NCBI RefSeq assembly: GCF_009914755.1
Contig: NC_060935.1
Length of the DNA stretch: 64,000 bases
Reading direction: 5' to 3' (one strand)
DNA from: the human T2T-CHM13v2.0 reference genome, Homo sapiens
Shown here: positions 12,030-25,548 of the stretch, piece after piece
Numbering within the stretch: position 1 is the first letter of the stretch
How the letters are laid out: each line of letters starts with the position of its first letter
The notes under the pieces: generated by a model
The model's input: only the letters and a program-made list of their open reading frames with translations
Database searches by the model: none
What the model was told of the DNA's origin: nothing
Translations under genes and position numbers: made by a program

Positions 12030-13039
12030 CCCATCTATTTTGTTCTGTTTTGTTGTTTATTTCCAGAAACATATGAAAGGTTCAACAAACATCTTTTCCC
12101 TCATCCATCATCAACTCTTAAAGCATGTCAGATCTTAGACAGAGCCCCAACTGCAAGTGACTATATCCAAGTGCTCAGAAATGTCCTATATGATAAAGAA
12201 ATACACAAAAGAAGTGGGAAGGTATAATTAAATAGCTAACAGAAAGTGGCTGTAAATCAATGAATTTATCACAGTAGTCTTTGCACTCAGATATATCATC
12301 TTTAAATATCAGCGATGTCTAAACAACACTTGAAGTCAATGGTAGTGGAAATTCAATAGAGATAAGCACAAAGTCTTCCCCAGTTCATAATTTTCCAAAA
12401 TATCGCTCAACATATTTCAAATCTGTTATGTAATTTCTTTACTTTCCACTTGGCTTTGCTGTACACCAATTCAAAAAGCCATCTCTTCCTGCTTCTATTA
12501 TACTGCCTTGCCCTGAAATGCATTTGGACGCAACTGAACCACAACGGTTCCCGCAGTAAAGGAGTGAGCAGAGGCAAGAGTAATCTTATGTAACAGTTAC
12601 ATAGGAAACAGCTGGGGAAGTGAGAGATCGGTACAGCCAAGGCCAGCCACAGGAAAGAAACACCCAAGCATCAATCATCATGTTCAGAAAATGACAATAT
12701 TTAATTCTACCAGGAAAAAAAAAAAAAAAACTGAGGTGGTGAGGGAGCAGAGAATGGGTGAATGTCTGTCCAGGCTGTTAGACAAACATAGACTCTGGAT
12801 TTATTTTGAATTTAGATAAATAATCCCTGCATCCTCAGCAGGAATTTTGTTCTGGGAAGTTTGTACTTCTGTTTACGTGCCTGCCCTGGGTCTCAGTGTG
12901 GGAGCAGGCAAATGGTTAGTGCCTGGCTTAAAGTTTACAGTGGAAAGCACTTCATCAACAAAGTGTATACATTCATTCAGCCACCCAAAAATGCAACATA
13001 TATTTCTCTGGATTTTTAATTTCCAGTATCTATCAGATA

Positions 13040-13122
13040 AATATATGTATATTTACATTTATATATATATATGTATATATTTAAAATAAATATATTGTAT
13101 ATAAAAAATATATATATATATT
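13040..13122. repeat. (TA)n-rich simple repeat
   Basis: atatatatat runs separated by A/T tracts. Confidence 0.85.
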
Positions 13123-14631
13123 ATTTTTTCTTGCCCTCTCCAAGTTCTTAACCACTTTAATTAACTTACTAGCTCTCCCACATGATATGAGACATGATTC
13201 ACCTTCTACTGGATATGAGCCTACATGAAATTCAAATAGAGAAACGTCCTTACTGTCTAAACCTGAAACCACAGGGAGAAAGAAAATAGAAAACTTTTCA
13301 CATAAGACAGGTAATTTTCTTAACAACTACAGATTAATATATTTTTTGCTGTAAATTTTATAGGACATTCTGTAGCCCAATTGCAAGAGCAAATTTTTCA
13401 CAATGTATGTGTAGGTTTCTACCTTCAGTTTTAGAGAATATTTAGTGAAATCAGAGATTTGTTTTATTTATTTGAATATCTTTATTGTCTGCAGTTTTAT
13501 TACTTTTGGAAAAAAAGAGGAAAAATCCAGCCTCTTCTGGTTTGCAATCTAAGCTCCATTTTTTTCAGGCTATTTTAAAGAGACTTCCATTATGAAATCC
13601 ATTCTCTAACATCTGCAAGACTTGTCTTTTTCTGGAAGAAGAGTGGTTATAGTAATTGAGTAATAGGGAGTGAGATATGTCTCAGCATTCTGCACATTTT
13701 ATTAATCACCAAGTGGTAAATAGTAAGCCTCTGCCCTCTATTTATAGTATAATTGGATGTATTTCATGACACTGGCTACACATCTGGTCAAACTGTAAAG
13801 CACACTTGCAGCCACCTTCTCTTTTTGAACTCCTAATGTATCACAGACTACAGAAAGATGTCTGCAGATAATAACAGAAACACAAAGTAATGAAAACCTT
13901 CATGAAGGACACTTCCATGGATTGCCAGAGCATGTGTCAATCTATGAGAAACTTTGATGGATTCAGCGACCTTCTTGAATTAAACAACACAATAAAAGGT
14001 TTTAATGGTAATGTAAATTAAAAATGCAATGTTAAGTAAGGCCTTAGGGATCTTGGTGAGCAGAACTGTTGAGATGGTGTTCGCAACGGAGTCTAATTCT
14101 TTGCACAATCATACATTCACACACATCGGTATACAAACTCCTGAGTTCCCACATGTGGATTCACAATTTGTAAAAGATTCTGTTTTTCATTAGGCTGGGA
14201 AGAAATGTGTTCCACATTTCTTTAGGATTTGAATTCTTTATAGGGAGAGGGTGGAAAAAGGAATCTATCTGAATATTGGACTTCAAAAACATAAGAACCA
14301 AATAAAGAGATCTGCACTCCAGAGTATAACTAATTCCAAATTACTTTGCCCAGTGATTTTAAGAAGTGAGATTAAATGTAATAATGCCTACTTTCCCCAG
14401 GATTTGAGTTTTCTGGACAGCATTTACCAAATGGGACTGGTAGAGGGTGTAATAGTGCTAATAGAAATGGTACCATTCTTACCTTCCCTATTAGATCTTC
14501 AGTTAGATATTGGCAGCCCCATGGTGTTTGTGTTTACTAATCAATGCTAGTGGTTCCAGGAAGCATTTCACAGTATTAATGAATTACAGGCTTAATAAAC
14601 CTGTTTTCCCCAATTTCATGACTTTCTAGGT

Positions 14632-14824
14632 CAGAAATTCTCAAATATTAATGTACCAAAGAGTCTCCTAAGTAGCTTGTGAAAAGTACAGATCCAAGCC
14701 ATGCCCAAAGATGGAGTCTACATCTCAGTCTCAGATTCTGCGAGATATCCGTAGGGTATTCTGAGATACCCTACGGATAATCCAGATGCAAATGATCTCT
14801 AAAGTTCACTTTTAATAAATGCTG
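14632..14824. mobile_element. MER5A-like hAT MITE carrying a secondary hairpin
   Basis: Ends cagaaattctcaaa...aataaatgctg resemble MER5A TIRs; internal gcttgtgaaaagtacagat. Confidence 0.6.
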
Positions 14825-16028
14825 TTCCAGAGATATTTCCCTACTTCATCTTCTGTCTTCTCCAAAATCATAAAGCTATTGGGGGGAGAGGGTTCAGTAA
14901 TTATGCTTATTCTTGATTGTTGGACAGTAAGTCACTTCAATAGCACTCCCTATAGCACCATCATATTTAGGGGCCTTAAAAAATAAGTTAGCCTTCAGTG
15001 AAACTCAATCAGTACTTAATCAATTACTCTACCCAAGGATGATTAGCATTCTTTTTGTTCTAAGACATAAATTAGATGGAGGATGAGAGTCATCAGTGAA
15101 ATGGATGCCCTACTACCATAAAGTCATTTGGCATTATGTATTATAAGACATAAGTGTATTGTGATAAATTAATCCTATTATATTATTATATGACTATGTT
15201 ATATTACTATTAATATGTCAAATAATTTGATATTCTTATGATAAAATGATATTCCTGCATGGTTGTATCAAATAGCTGTCAGATGAAAATTACGAGTTAT
15301 TTATCTACTGTCACTAATCAATGATTTTACTATCAATAATTTGTGCTACTGGGAGATTTTATTGGAAACTATAACAAAAATAAGAGGTACTATCTATATG
15401 TTAAAAACTGATTTGATTGTATTATGCTTTTTTAGCTCTGATTACCTGAAAGTTATAAATACATTGAGTTTTTGCCCTAATTATCCAATAATTGTCTTAT
15501 TTCAATATTTTATTCTGTAATTTAATATTCTGTTCCATCTATGTTCATGACTGTCACTCTCCAGAGCACATTTTTTTTCAATGAGTAAAATTACTAACAG
15601 AAAGGGGGGACTTAATTTAACAGGAAAAAAAATTATGCAAGAAAGGATTTATGGTCCTGCAGATGTTTCCAGCTGAAATACCAGCTGGCATTGTAGTTGT
15701 TTGTGTGGAGTGGAATCCCATAAGCCAATGAAAGGAGACAATCAGTTTTAGCTGACTCAAATTTTTTTATTTCCATTTTTCTAACACAGATGAATATGAT
15801 GCAAATTGTTTGAAAATAAGAGCCTTACAGCTAAGTACATTACCATACTCTGTTGAAAACAAAAAAAAAAAACCTGGTGACGTGACAACTGTCTAGAAAT
15901 ACTGCCTTCTAAAGGTTGTTAAAATGTGGCGGGAACCCTGTTAGTTATTTTGACTTTTGCTGCTATTGCTGGTGCCACAAATGATGGGAATGCCTCAGTT
16001 TTATAATGTACTTTCCTTAAAGAGTTCA

Positions 16029-16433
<405 letters not shown>

Positions 16434-16539
16434 TCATGTCCAGGCATCATGGGTGACATGGCACGGCAGACTTCCATGACATCAATCTAAAAATGACTGG
16501 AATATGGTATCCCACACTTGATGAGTGATGAAATGTTAA

Positions 16540-16775
16540 CAACTCTAATAGCTCATATATACTCAGTGTTTATTATATGTCAGGCACTTTATGTTATCTA
16601 ATTTTCACAAAGTTCTATGATCTATTGTTATATTAAACTCATTTTACAGATAAGGACACTGGGGACAGTTAAATTTTAAATAACTGACCAGAGGTTGTAT
16701 GGTCAAGACCGTACCAGAGATTCACACTCAGGCCTGATCCTGAAACCTCTGTGCTCTTAACCACTTTGCAGTATT
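16540..16775 (-). mobile_element. MIR
   Basis: ctcattttacagataaggacactggggacag...taactgaccagagg antisense MIR core. Confidence 0.7.
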
Positions 16776-18942
16776 AAGTCCTTTGTTTCTTACATTTTAT
16801 TAGGATATGTTCAAGACATATTGCAAACAATCAGAAAGTTGGAAGAGCAGAATGGCAGGTCCTTACATTGCTCAGTGTCAATATTAACATTCACTAGGCC
16901 AATAGACATTGCTGAGCATTTACTAAGTGCCAACTAGGAGCTCAGGATATGGATATAAGTGTTCAGAAAATAATATGACAAAGCTTAAACAAGGAATGCC
17001 CTATTATTTAGTCATTAAGAGAACAGAAGTAGACAGACAGGCAAGCTGCTAGGAAAACTCAGCTAAACCATACTAATTTTGCTTGAAACTGGAAGACAAA
17101 ATTTGGTGAAGAATTGGTCTCTATGTGAAATACGCTGATCTGTGCCAAGAATCTGGTCTCTACCACATAGTTTCAAATGATCCCACTGAAGAGAAACTCA
17201 TGATGGACATTGGGGAAATTTCTCAATGAAGACTTCTGTGTTCTCTGCCTCTTAAAAGTGAGTTGAAGGGAGTGAGGATGATGACATTTTGCAGGGTGAT
17301 TTTTTTGCTCTCTCACTGTCAATACCCATTCTCATATCATTCTCTTTTAAATTAAGTAGATAAAATTTAGGCCATTTTGCTGCACACTTGAATGCATGTA
17401 GTGAGCCGAGACTCCATCAAAATGAAATCAGCCAAACACAGCAACAACAGTGCATGAGAGTGGAAGGTTGGGATGGATCGATATGCTTAGGAAAGCCTAG
17501 GAGACCTGCCTGAGCCACTCTCATTTCTGCAACACCTCCTGAATCACTGGAGGACTTGGGACATTCAGTGAGATCAAAACCTGCCTTTTAGCCTTTGGGC
17601 AATGTCATGCTCACAAGGCTTGAAAAGTAGACATAGATCTCCCTGCCAACAGCTGACAAGGGACTCAATCTTCCTCACAGCTGCTGTTGATCCATTGCAT
17701 ACAGTTTATGACAACATCTATGGGCAGGGGGAGGCTTTCCAATACATCTCCCATTGTCCAGAGCTGCTCCTGAAATCCGGCGCATGCAGAGCTGGGACTC
17801 ATCTCACCATATTGTCTACTCATGAAATTATTAACAACAACCTCCTGTGGTTGGTGTTTGGCAGGGAGATCTTGTTTCACACGTGGCTGGCATATATTTG
17901 GCCAACAAACCCACAGTTCACCCCACAAATAGACAAGTGATCTCAATTATCCACTGGCTGAAAGTACAATATGTCTCAGAGCCTCCTCTCTAGCCCATGG
18001 TTGGTTGATCCATGGACAAGGGTCTTGCTAAAAAAGCAAAAACATAGGTGTCAAGTCTTGGCAAGATTCCAAACTAAGGTCATCAATGGCAAGGTTTTCT
18101 GTGAGAATACGGCTCTAACCAGTGCAAGATAGTTCAATAAGCTTGTGAAAACGTTATGTTAGGTTTGGAAGACAGACGAACGGAAGGCCGCAGTGTTCGT
18201 TATAGCATTGGTCTCTCAAACTCTCTCAGCATTTCTTTTTCAACATCTCATTAAAGTCTCTATTCAGGGACCACCTTGAATATGCAATGAAGAAACAAAC
18301 AGAAAGCGTTTATATTTTTTCCAGATATGTTAGAAACCACTAGACACAGCAGGTAAAGGACTTGTTTTTCAACTGTTTTCAAATCTGTGGTCTCATTCCG
18401 CCTTGCTCCTAACAGCACCAAGAGGGACTGCTACAGTTCTGTATTTTATCTCACAAGATGAATCAAACGTCTCAGGCACCCGTCACCACTATTGTGAGGT
18501 TTTGAAAAGTGACACATTACTTTCCTAATTCAATTCATATGAAAACTTGCAGAGATAAAGTTTACCTAGTAGTTATATTAAATGAATGGAAAGCAGATAG
18601 CCCTGTGTACAAAATAGCATGCTGCTGCTGGTAAGAGTCAGCGGAAAGTTCTGACCCTCACTCACCACACACCTATCCCCAAGCTCCTGCTAATGTACAT
18701 ATTGCCAAATCTCAGCAACTTAATATAGTTAAATTCCCTATAATATAATAATTAAGTTCCTTGTAATGTATTTTTCTTTGTTTCTTCTTTAGTGCAAGTA
18801 CCTAACCACCATTCTTTACACAATATAGTTAGGACAACCTGGAATAAAGCTTGAAGGCCCCACTGAATTAAGCAAATGTAAAGCAAATTGATGCTCAATG
18901 TCCTGGAAGAACAATGCACAAAGGCCTCCCACCTAGTTAGTT

Positions 18943-19513
18943 TGTATATTACCTTGGATACAGTCAGAAGACAGAAATCATATAGCAATTTGCACTGCGA
19001 ATTTTAGCAAAGTATTAACTGGTAGTAGAAGATTAGCTACTAAGAAAGGAAGAAGGAAAATTCTGAAGAATATTCTAAGGCTGAGGTAGAGCACCCCCTC
19101 CCCAGGAAGGAACAAACTAGGAAGGAGAATCCCATCTCCGAGGCTGGGTTTCAGAGCCTGTTTTTGAGGGTGTGGCCAAAGCCTGTGGGATGGGGGGAAA
19201 GTTTGCTGGGGTGTTCCAGACCAGAGGTGATGCCAGTTGCCAGGCCAACTGTAGTGGGTAGAAAACAACAAGCAGGAAATAATCTCCTGAGTTGGCAGCT
19301 GGCTGGTGCTTGTGGGCAGGGAATCATTGGCCTGGGTCTGGCAACTTGAACGTGCCCCACACGGCTGGCCATGGAGAAGGCTGAGAACAGACACTCCCGC
19401 AACACTCTCCAGTGGAAAAGTAGAAACATTGACATGATCCAGCTCCAGCATCACAAGCTGTCAATGAAGGTGGATTTGATGACTGTTGAGAAACAATAAT
19501 CTGACAACTGGCA
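18943..19513 (-). mobile_element. ERVL LTR, MER74-like
   Basis: Minus strand starts tgccagttgtcagattattg...aaatccaccttcattg and ends ttctgtcttctgactg...tataca; candidate TSD tagtt/ttgtt. Confidence 0.6.
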
Positions 19514-20249
19514 TTGTTGGAGTTTTGTGTTTGTTTACTTGCCTGTTGTTTGCTTGTTTTGGACGAGTTGGAAAATACTACCTGGCCCCTCCATACACAC
19601 TGCTTAGATCTGGAGGATAAAATGAACTAGTTAGCAAAAAGAGGCTGAGGTTTTCCAGACAGGAAAGCATAGTATCATTTCTCATAATTACAGTCTAGGC
19701 AGACCTGTCACAACAGACCAGGTCACACCTGAGGGGCTGTGGCCAAAGCCCAGGGGCAGGCAGGACATTGAAGTTTGGGGATTAAATTTACATCGATAAA
19801 GGTGGGTGTTGAGTCTTTGTACCAGGCTGGGTCTAGATGTCTATGTCTTTGAGGGGGCTTTCAAGTTTCTTTGGTGTGTGGCTGATACTGGAAACGTTTC
19901 TAGTCCCTGCCTCAACATCAATAAATCCATCTTGAAGAATAAAGGCTGAGCATGGTGACTGTGAACTACAGAGAGCTATAACCCTGAGCACAAGTTTGAG
20001 CCCCGTGAATGCCCTGCAATATATGTGAGTCAGTAAGTGCACCCTGGGGAAGGTGCCATATCTTCAATGCAGACACTATGCATTGTGAGGACGGAGCTGG
20101 CTTGACCGTTCTGTCTACATCTGCCACCAGAAGCAGGTACCTACCCTCATCCCAGCAGGCATGAACCCCGACTCCAGCCTTAGGGAAGAGTAAGCCTCTC
20201 GGGTTCTTGAGACAGGAGAAGGCTTAAGAGAGAAGTAGTGGGATTTTTT

Positions 20250-22130
20250 AAATAAATACAACATATTTTTTATATTTTTAATAAGAAATAAATTTACAGA
20301 GAGAAAAATTAAAGTATTTCAAAAGAACATATTATAACAGGTGTTAATTCTACCCCTTCTCCAATCCACCCAGGTTCACTCTCAAGAAACTATTGTATTA
20401 TTAGAGTTTTGGTAGTGCTTCCAAAGATATGGTATGCATTATAACTACACACACACATATGTATATTCTATATATAATCTATATATTATATACATATATA
20501 TAATCTTATTCTGTTTCCACACAAATAGCATTCTACACACTGTTCTGTGCTTTGAGCTTTGATTTTTTTTAACTTTTCGAGTTATACTTTTACCAACAAT
20601 GTATAAGCCATAGTTGCCTGTCTCCTCACACCTTATTAAATTTTGCTAGTCTAATAGATGAAAGATTGAATTTCAGTTCAATCTAGGTTTGAATTTTTAC
20701 TTAATTTATTCCCTAAGTTTGAATTTTTACTTAATTTATTCAAACTAACACTTCGTATTTTTGGTTAGTTGAATATCCATTTATTTTTTTTTCTACTGTG
20801 ACTTGTCTATTTAAATTACCTCCCATTTTCCCATTATGTTGCTTCTTGATTAAGAGATGCTATTCTTCTCTCAGTTCAGAGATCAAAATGTGTTTCTCTC
20901 ATTTTTTCACTTGATTGGTAAGTTTATTTACTTATTTGTTTTGGTGATTTTTGTCATGCAGTGATTTTTAAAATGTATTTAAATGTATTAGTCTTTTTAG
21001 TTTTAATTCCCTAAAAAGGCCTTTGGAACCACAATATTACAATGTATTTCCATGGTTCATCTAATAATTTAGTATCTTACATTTAAATATTTAATACAGT
21101 TATGTATTTATTTTGGGTATAATTCATGAGGTAATATTCTAACTTTATTTTTCCCATATGAATACACAAGTCTTTTTATATAGTTGTACAAAAAAATTTC
21201 TCTTCCAGGCCAGGTGTGCTGTAATCCCAGCACTTTGGGAGGCCGAGGTGGGCAGATCACCTGAGGTCAGGAGTTCGAGATCAGCCTGGTCAACATGTTG
21301 AAACACATCTCTACCAAAAATACAAAAATTAGCCATGCATGGTGGTGGGTGCCTGTAATCCCAGCTACTGGGGAGGCTGAGGCAGGAGAATCACTTGAAC
21401 CCCAGAGTCAGAGGTTGCAGTGAGCCAAGATCACGCCACTGCACTCCAGCCTGGGTGACAGAGCGAGGCTATGTCTAGAAAGAAAAAAAAAATCTCTTCC
21501 AAATCAAGTTTAATGATACTGTCTCAATGTTGACAGTCCTGAAAAAAATTGTGCTTTTTAAACCTTTGTTTAGTTTTTAAAATATGCTAGACTTCATTTT
21601 GAACTTTTTCCTGAAACTAATTATTTGAACTTTTTCTTGGACTCCTAATTACGTGTATGTTGAATCTGCTTTCTCTGCCTTCTCTAGATGTCATTTATCA
21701 TTCATACTAAGATTATGTTAGTTTCATTTTACTGTATTTACTTACATCTACCATTCCTGTCTTCTGCCTTATTGGAAGTGACTTTTCTCCCCTGTGTGCC
21801 TTGTTTTTTCACACTAACTTCTGTGATGTTTACGTTTTTTAAATGTTTGTATTTTAAAAAAATGTTTGATACTCACATTTCACTTCTTTCTAGTGTGTAG
21901 TCATCTGACTCTTGTGTCATTACTTTGTATTCTTATATTATAGATTCAATTGCTTCATTATTCATTTTTTTAAAAAATTCATGAGAAATATTTGAAGATG
22001 ATTTTGATCTATAGCCACGTATTTCTGTTGAACATTATAAATTCACCAGTTGCTCCATATTTTCTTTGTTTTATAATGGTATTTTATATATGTTGCACTG
22101 GTTCTTCTTAATTATTCATCTCTGAATTAA
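20250..22130 (-). mobile_element. Ancient L1M/L1ME fragments (interrupted by an Alu)
   Basis: T-rich antisense LINE character, e.g. gcattctacacactgttctgtgc and taccaacaatgtataag. Confidence 0.5.
21208..21492 (+). mobile_element. AluS with a small 5' deletion
   Basis: ggccaggtgtgctgtaatcccagc lacks gtggctcacgc; TSD tctcttcca at 21199-21207 and 21493-21501. Confidence 0.95.
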
Positions 22131-23057
22131 ATAAGCTTTTGCCAAAACAGCTATTTCAGGGAGAGTTTTATGGTAGTAAGTCAGGATTACTTACATACCA
22201 GGAAGAATTTGTGTCCTGACCGTGGCATTGTGAGTGAGTTTTAATCCGTACTTCTCCCCAGCCAGTAAAATGTCCAGGCACAGGGCTGATTACAATGAGA
22301 GGCTTCTCATTTACCTCTGTCCTGAAGATGATACCAACTTCAACATTTTCAAATGAAAAGTCTCCTGGTGGTTTCTTGAGGAATTGATTGGAAATAAATA
22401 AAATAAATATAGTTGTAGTATGTCTTGTGTGAGTGTATAAGTCAGACTATAACTGATTCATAGGGTTTTGAAACAGGAATTTTATACTAAAATTGGTTAA
22501 AATATTCGTAACCAGCACAGTCACATTATCTCTGTAGACTATGAAATACAAATGTTATACCAGAACATTTAAGTGTTTCTTCTTTCCCTTACAGCATCCT
22601 AATTCACATAGCATTCTATCTTACAGTAGGAATAGTCAAGTCTCAATTATCTAACATACTCTTTAAAAAAAGGTGTGCTATTTTCCTCTTGGGATATATT
22701 CTTCCATTAACAGTCAATAAACCCATAGATTAATGGAGAGACAAGAGAGATGCTGACAAAAATAATGAAAGTTAGGCCCTTTATATTTTTAATTCACAAG
22801 CAAATATTTTCCATAATAGCCATAATCCATATCAAATAACTTTGATATCTAGGATTATTTTGTTTCTGGATGATACTAAACTAGACTTTGATCTGTATCA
22901 TCCTTAATCACTACCATCACTGTCTCTGTCATCACTGTCTCTCCTATCCTTAATCACTTAATCACTCTATTTCCACTAGTTTTTAATTAATAGATGAGAA
23001 CCTCTAAAGTCATGATGATTGTATCTCAAATACACTACATATTGTATAAATATATCT

Positions 23058-23479
23058 TGTATTAGTCTGTTCTCACACTGTTATAAAGAAATACCTGAGA
23101 CTGGGTAATTTATATGGAAAAGAGGTTTAATTGGCTCACACTTCTTCAGGCTGTACAGGAAGCACAGCAGCTTCTGCTTCTGGGGAGGCCTCAAGAAACT
23201 TAAGAAACTTACAATCATGGCAGAAGGCAAAGCTGGAGCAGGTGACTCACATGGCTGGGGGAGGAGCAAGAGAGGGAGGAGGGATGTGCTACACACCTTT
23301 AAACAATCAGATCTTGTGAGCACTCACTATCATGAAAGGAGCACCAAGAAGATGGTGCTAACCTATTCATGAGAAACCACCCCCATGATCCAATCACCTC
23401 CCACCAGGCCCCACCTCCAACACTGGGTATTACAATTCAATGTGATATTTGGGCAGGTACACAGATCCAAACCATATCA
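23058..23479 (-). mobile_element. MSTA-like MaLR solo LTR
   Basis: tgtattagtctgttctcacactg...cagatccaaaccatatca. Confidence 0.88.
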
Positions 23480-23880
23480 CATGTATGTATTTAATTGGGC
23501 TTTCAGAAGACAGTGGTGACACCTAAAGTAATGACCTCTGCAAAAGAAGATAGAGTAAATTTTGAGATTGATCTTTTTGGTGGACTAGGGGAGAAGGAAG
23601 GGCAGAAAGGATTATAGGGTAGTTCTCATTAAGCAACAGAATAACATTCAAGCAAAACAAGTCTTTACACTTAGAACCAATTTAAATTATCCAGTTCTTC
23701 ACCCACACACATTAAGCTAGCTGATCTCAGGACTGAAAATAAAACAAAACTTTGTGTAACTCATAATATGTAATCCATAAAGCTCCCAGGAAACAGATTC
23801 TAGTGTCTTAAGGCATACTTCTCCAATACAATCATTCTGACACCATCACATTTATGAAATCAAACTCAGAGGAATGGGGG

Positions 23881-24317
23881 TGCTAGGGTTTAGATATGGT
23901 TTGCTTGGCCCCACCAGGTCTCATGTTGAAATCTGATCCCCAGTGTTGGAGGTAGGGCCTAATTGAAGGTGTTTGTTCTTGGGGATGAATCAGTCATGAA
24001 TGGATTGATCCTATCCTTGCAGTAATGAGTGAGTTCTCACTCTTATTTCCTGAAAGAGTTTGCTCAAGAGCTGGTTGTTAAGAAGATCCTGGCACATTCT
24101 CCCCCTTTTGATTTTTCTCTTGCCATATAATCTGAACATGCCAGCTCCTCTTGCCCTTCTGCCATGAGTGGAAGCAGCCTGAGTCCCTCACAAGAAGCAG
24201 ATGCTGGCACCATGCTTCTTGTGCAACCTGCAGAACTATGAGCTAAATAAACCTCTTTTCCTTTTGAATTAACAAGCCTGAGATATTCCTTTATAGAAAC
24301 ACAAATAAACAAATACA
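23881..24317 (+). mobile_element. MSTB-like MaLR solo LTR
   Basis: tgctagggtttagatatggtttg...aaataca; TSD ggggg/ggagg. Confidence 0.85.
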
Positions 24318-24660
24318 GGAGGTACAAACATAAAGGGGTAGCATGAAGGAGTTATTCTGTGGTGATAGAAGAATTCTGTATTTTGAATGTGATAATGATT
24401 ATATGAATCTGTATATCGGACAAATTGCATAGAACTACATACATACACACATGCATGAATACATGTAAAAGTACTGAAAACTAAATAAGATCTATAGTCC
24501 AGTTAACAGCAATGTACCAATGTCAATTTCCTTGTTTGATGTTGTACTACCATTATAATATGATGTCATGCTTGGGGGAAGCTGGGTGAATGGTGCAGGG
24601 GTTCCTAGGTACTCTTTTGCACAACACTCTGAGTCTATAATTACTTTGAAAGTTTTTTTT
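24318..24660 (+). mobile_element. L1MC/L1MD 3' UTR fragment
   Basis: tgtaccaatgtcaatttcc...gggggaagctgggtgaa...gagtctataattac. Confidence 0.7.
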
Positions 24661-25548
24661 TAAGCTAAGGAAAAGTTTCTTTCATTCAATAATCAACATC
24701 AACATTGACTTTCAACTGTTGACCTACATTACCACAGGGGTGAGCAGCTTGGGAGAAGAGGGCTCCTCAGTCTTGGTGCCAACGTGTTGTTTCTTGGCAC
24801 CCCCACTGTTAATCTTGAGCAGACCTCCAGACCTACTCCAAATAAGCACACCAGTTGTGTAAAGCCAAGTATCCTGTTCAAGATCTTTTCTAGTCTTCAT
24901 CCTTCCCTAGTTAGATCGCTACTTGAAACACTTTGGAAGCCACCATTAGATTGAGGGCTACTACTGGTAGTTCAGGGACCCAGATGGAAGAAGACACAGA
25001 GGTCAGCTGGAGAATTATAAGGTCTTCTTAATCTTATCCAATGTTTTTCAAGGATGGCAAATCAAATTCTGTCACTAACTTGGTTGTATTTATGTGACAA
25101 ACGTTTAGTCAGTGCCTTCCCTGAAAGTCCTGAAACTTGTGAAAATGATTCCTGGTTGCCCAGTGCCTACAGGATAAATTCCACATCACTGAGTCGCTCA
25201 CATAAACTCTTTCACAATATTTGCCCAACCTGCCTCTCTAGACCTATTTTTTTTCTTACTCCTTTCACCATCATTCTTCTTCAGGTTACCCTTACCCCAG
25301 AGGATATGATGCATTCTATATTCATCCACGTACATTTACTTGCAGTTTCACAAATATTGCACCACCCATTGTTCCTGCTAATCACTAAGTTTGGAATGTT
25401 CCCTCTGCCATTCCTGGAATATCCCTTGTCCCAACACACACATACATACACACACACACACACACACATTCAAGCACAGAAAACACACACAAATCTTTTA
25501 GGGCCCAGTTCAAAAGTGGTTGCTTTGACATATTCCCTAACTAACCCC

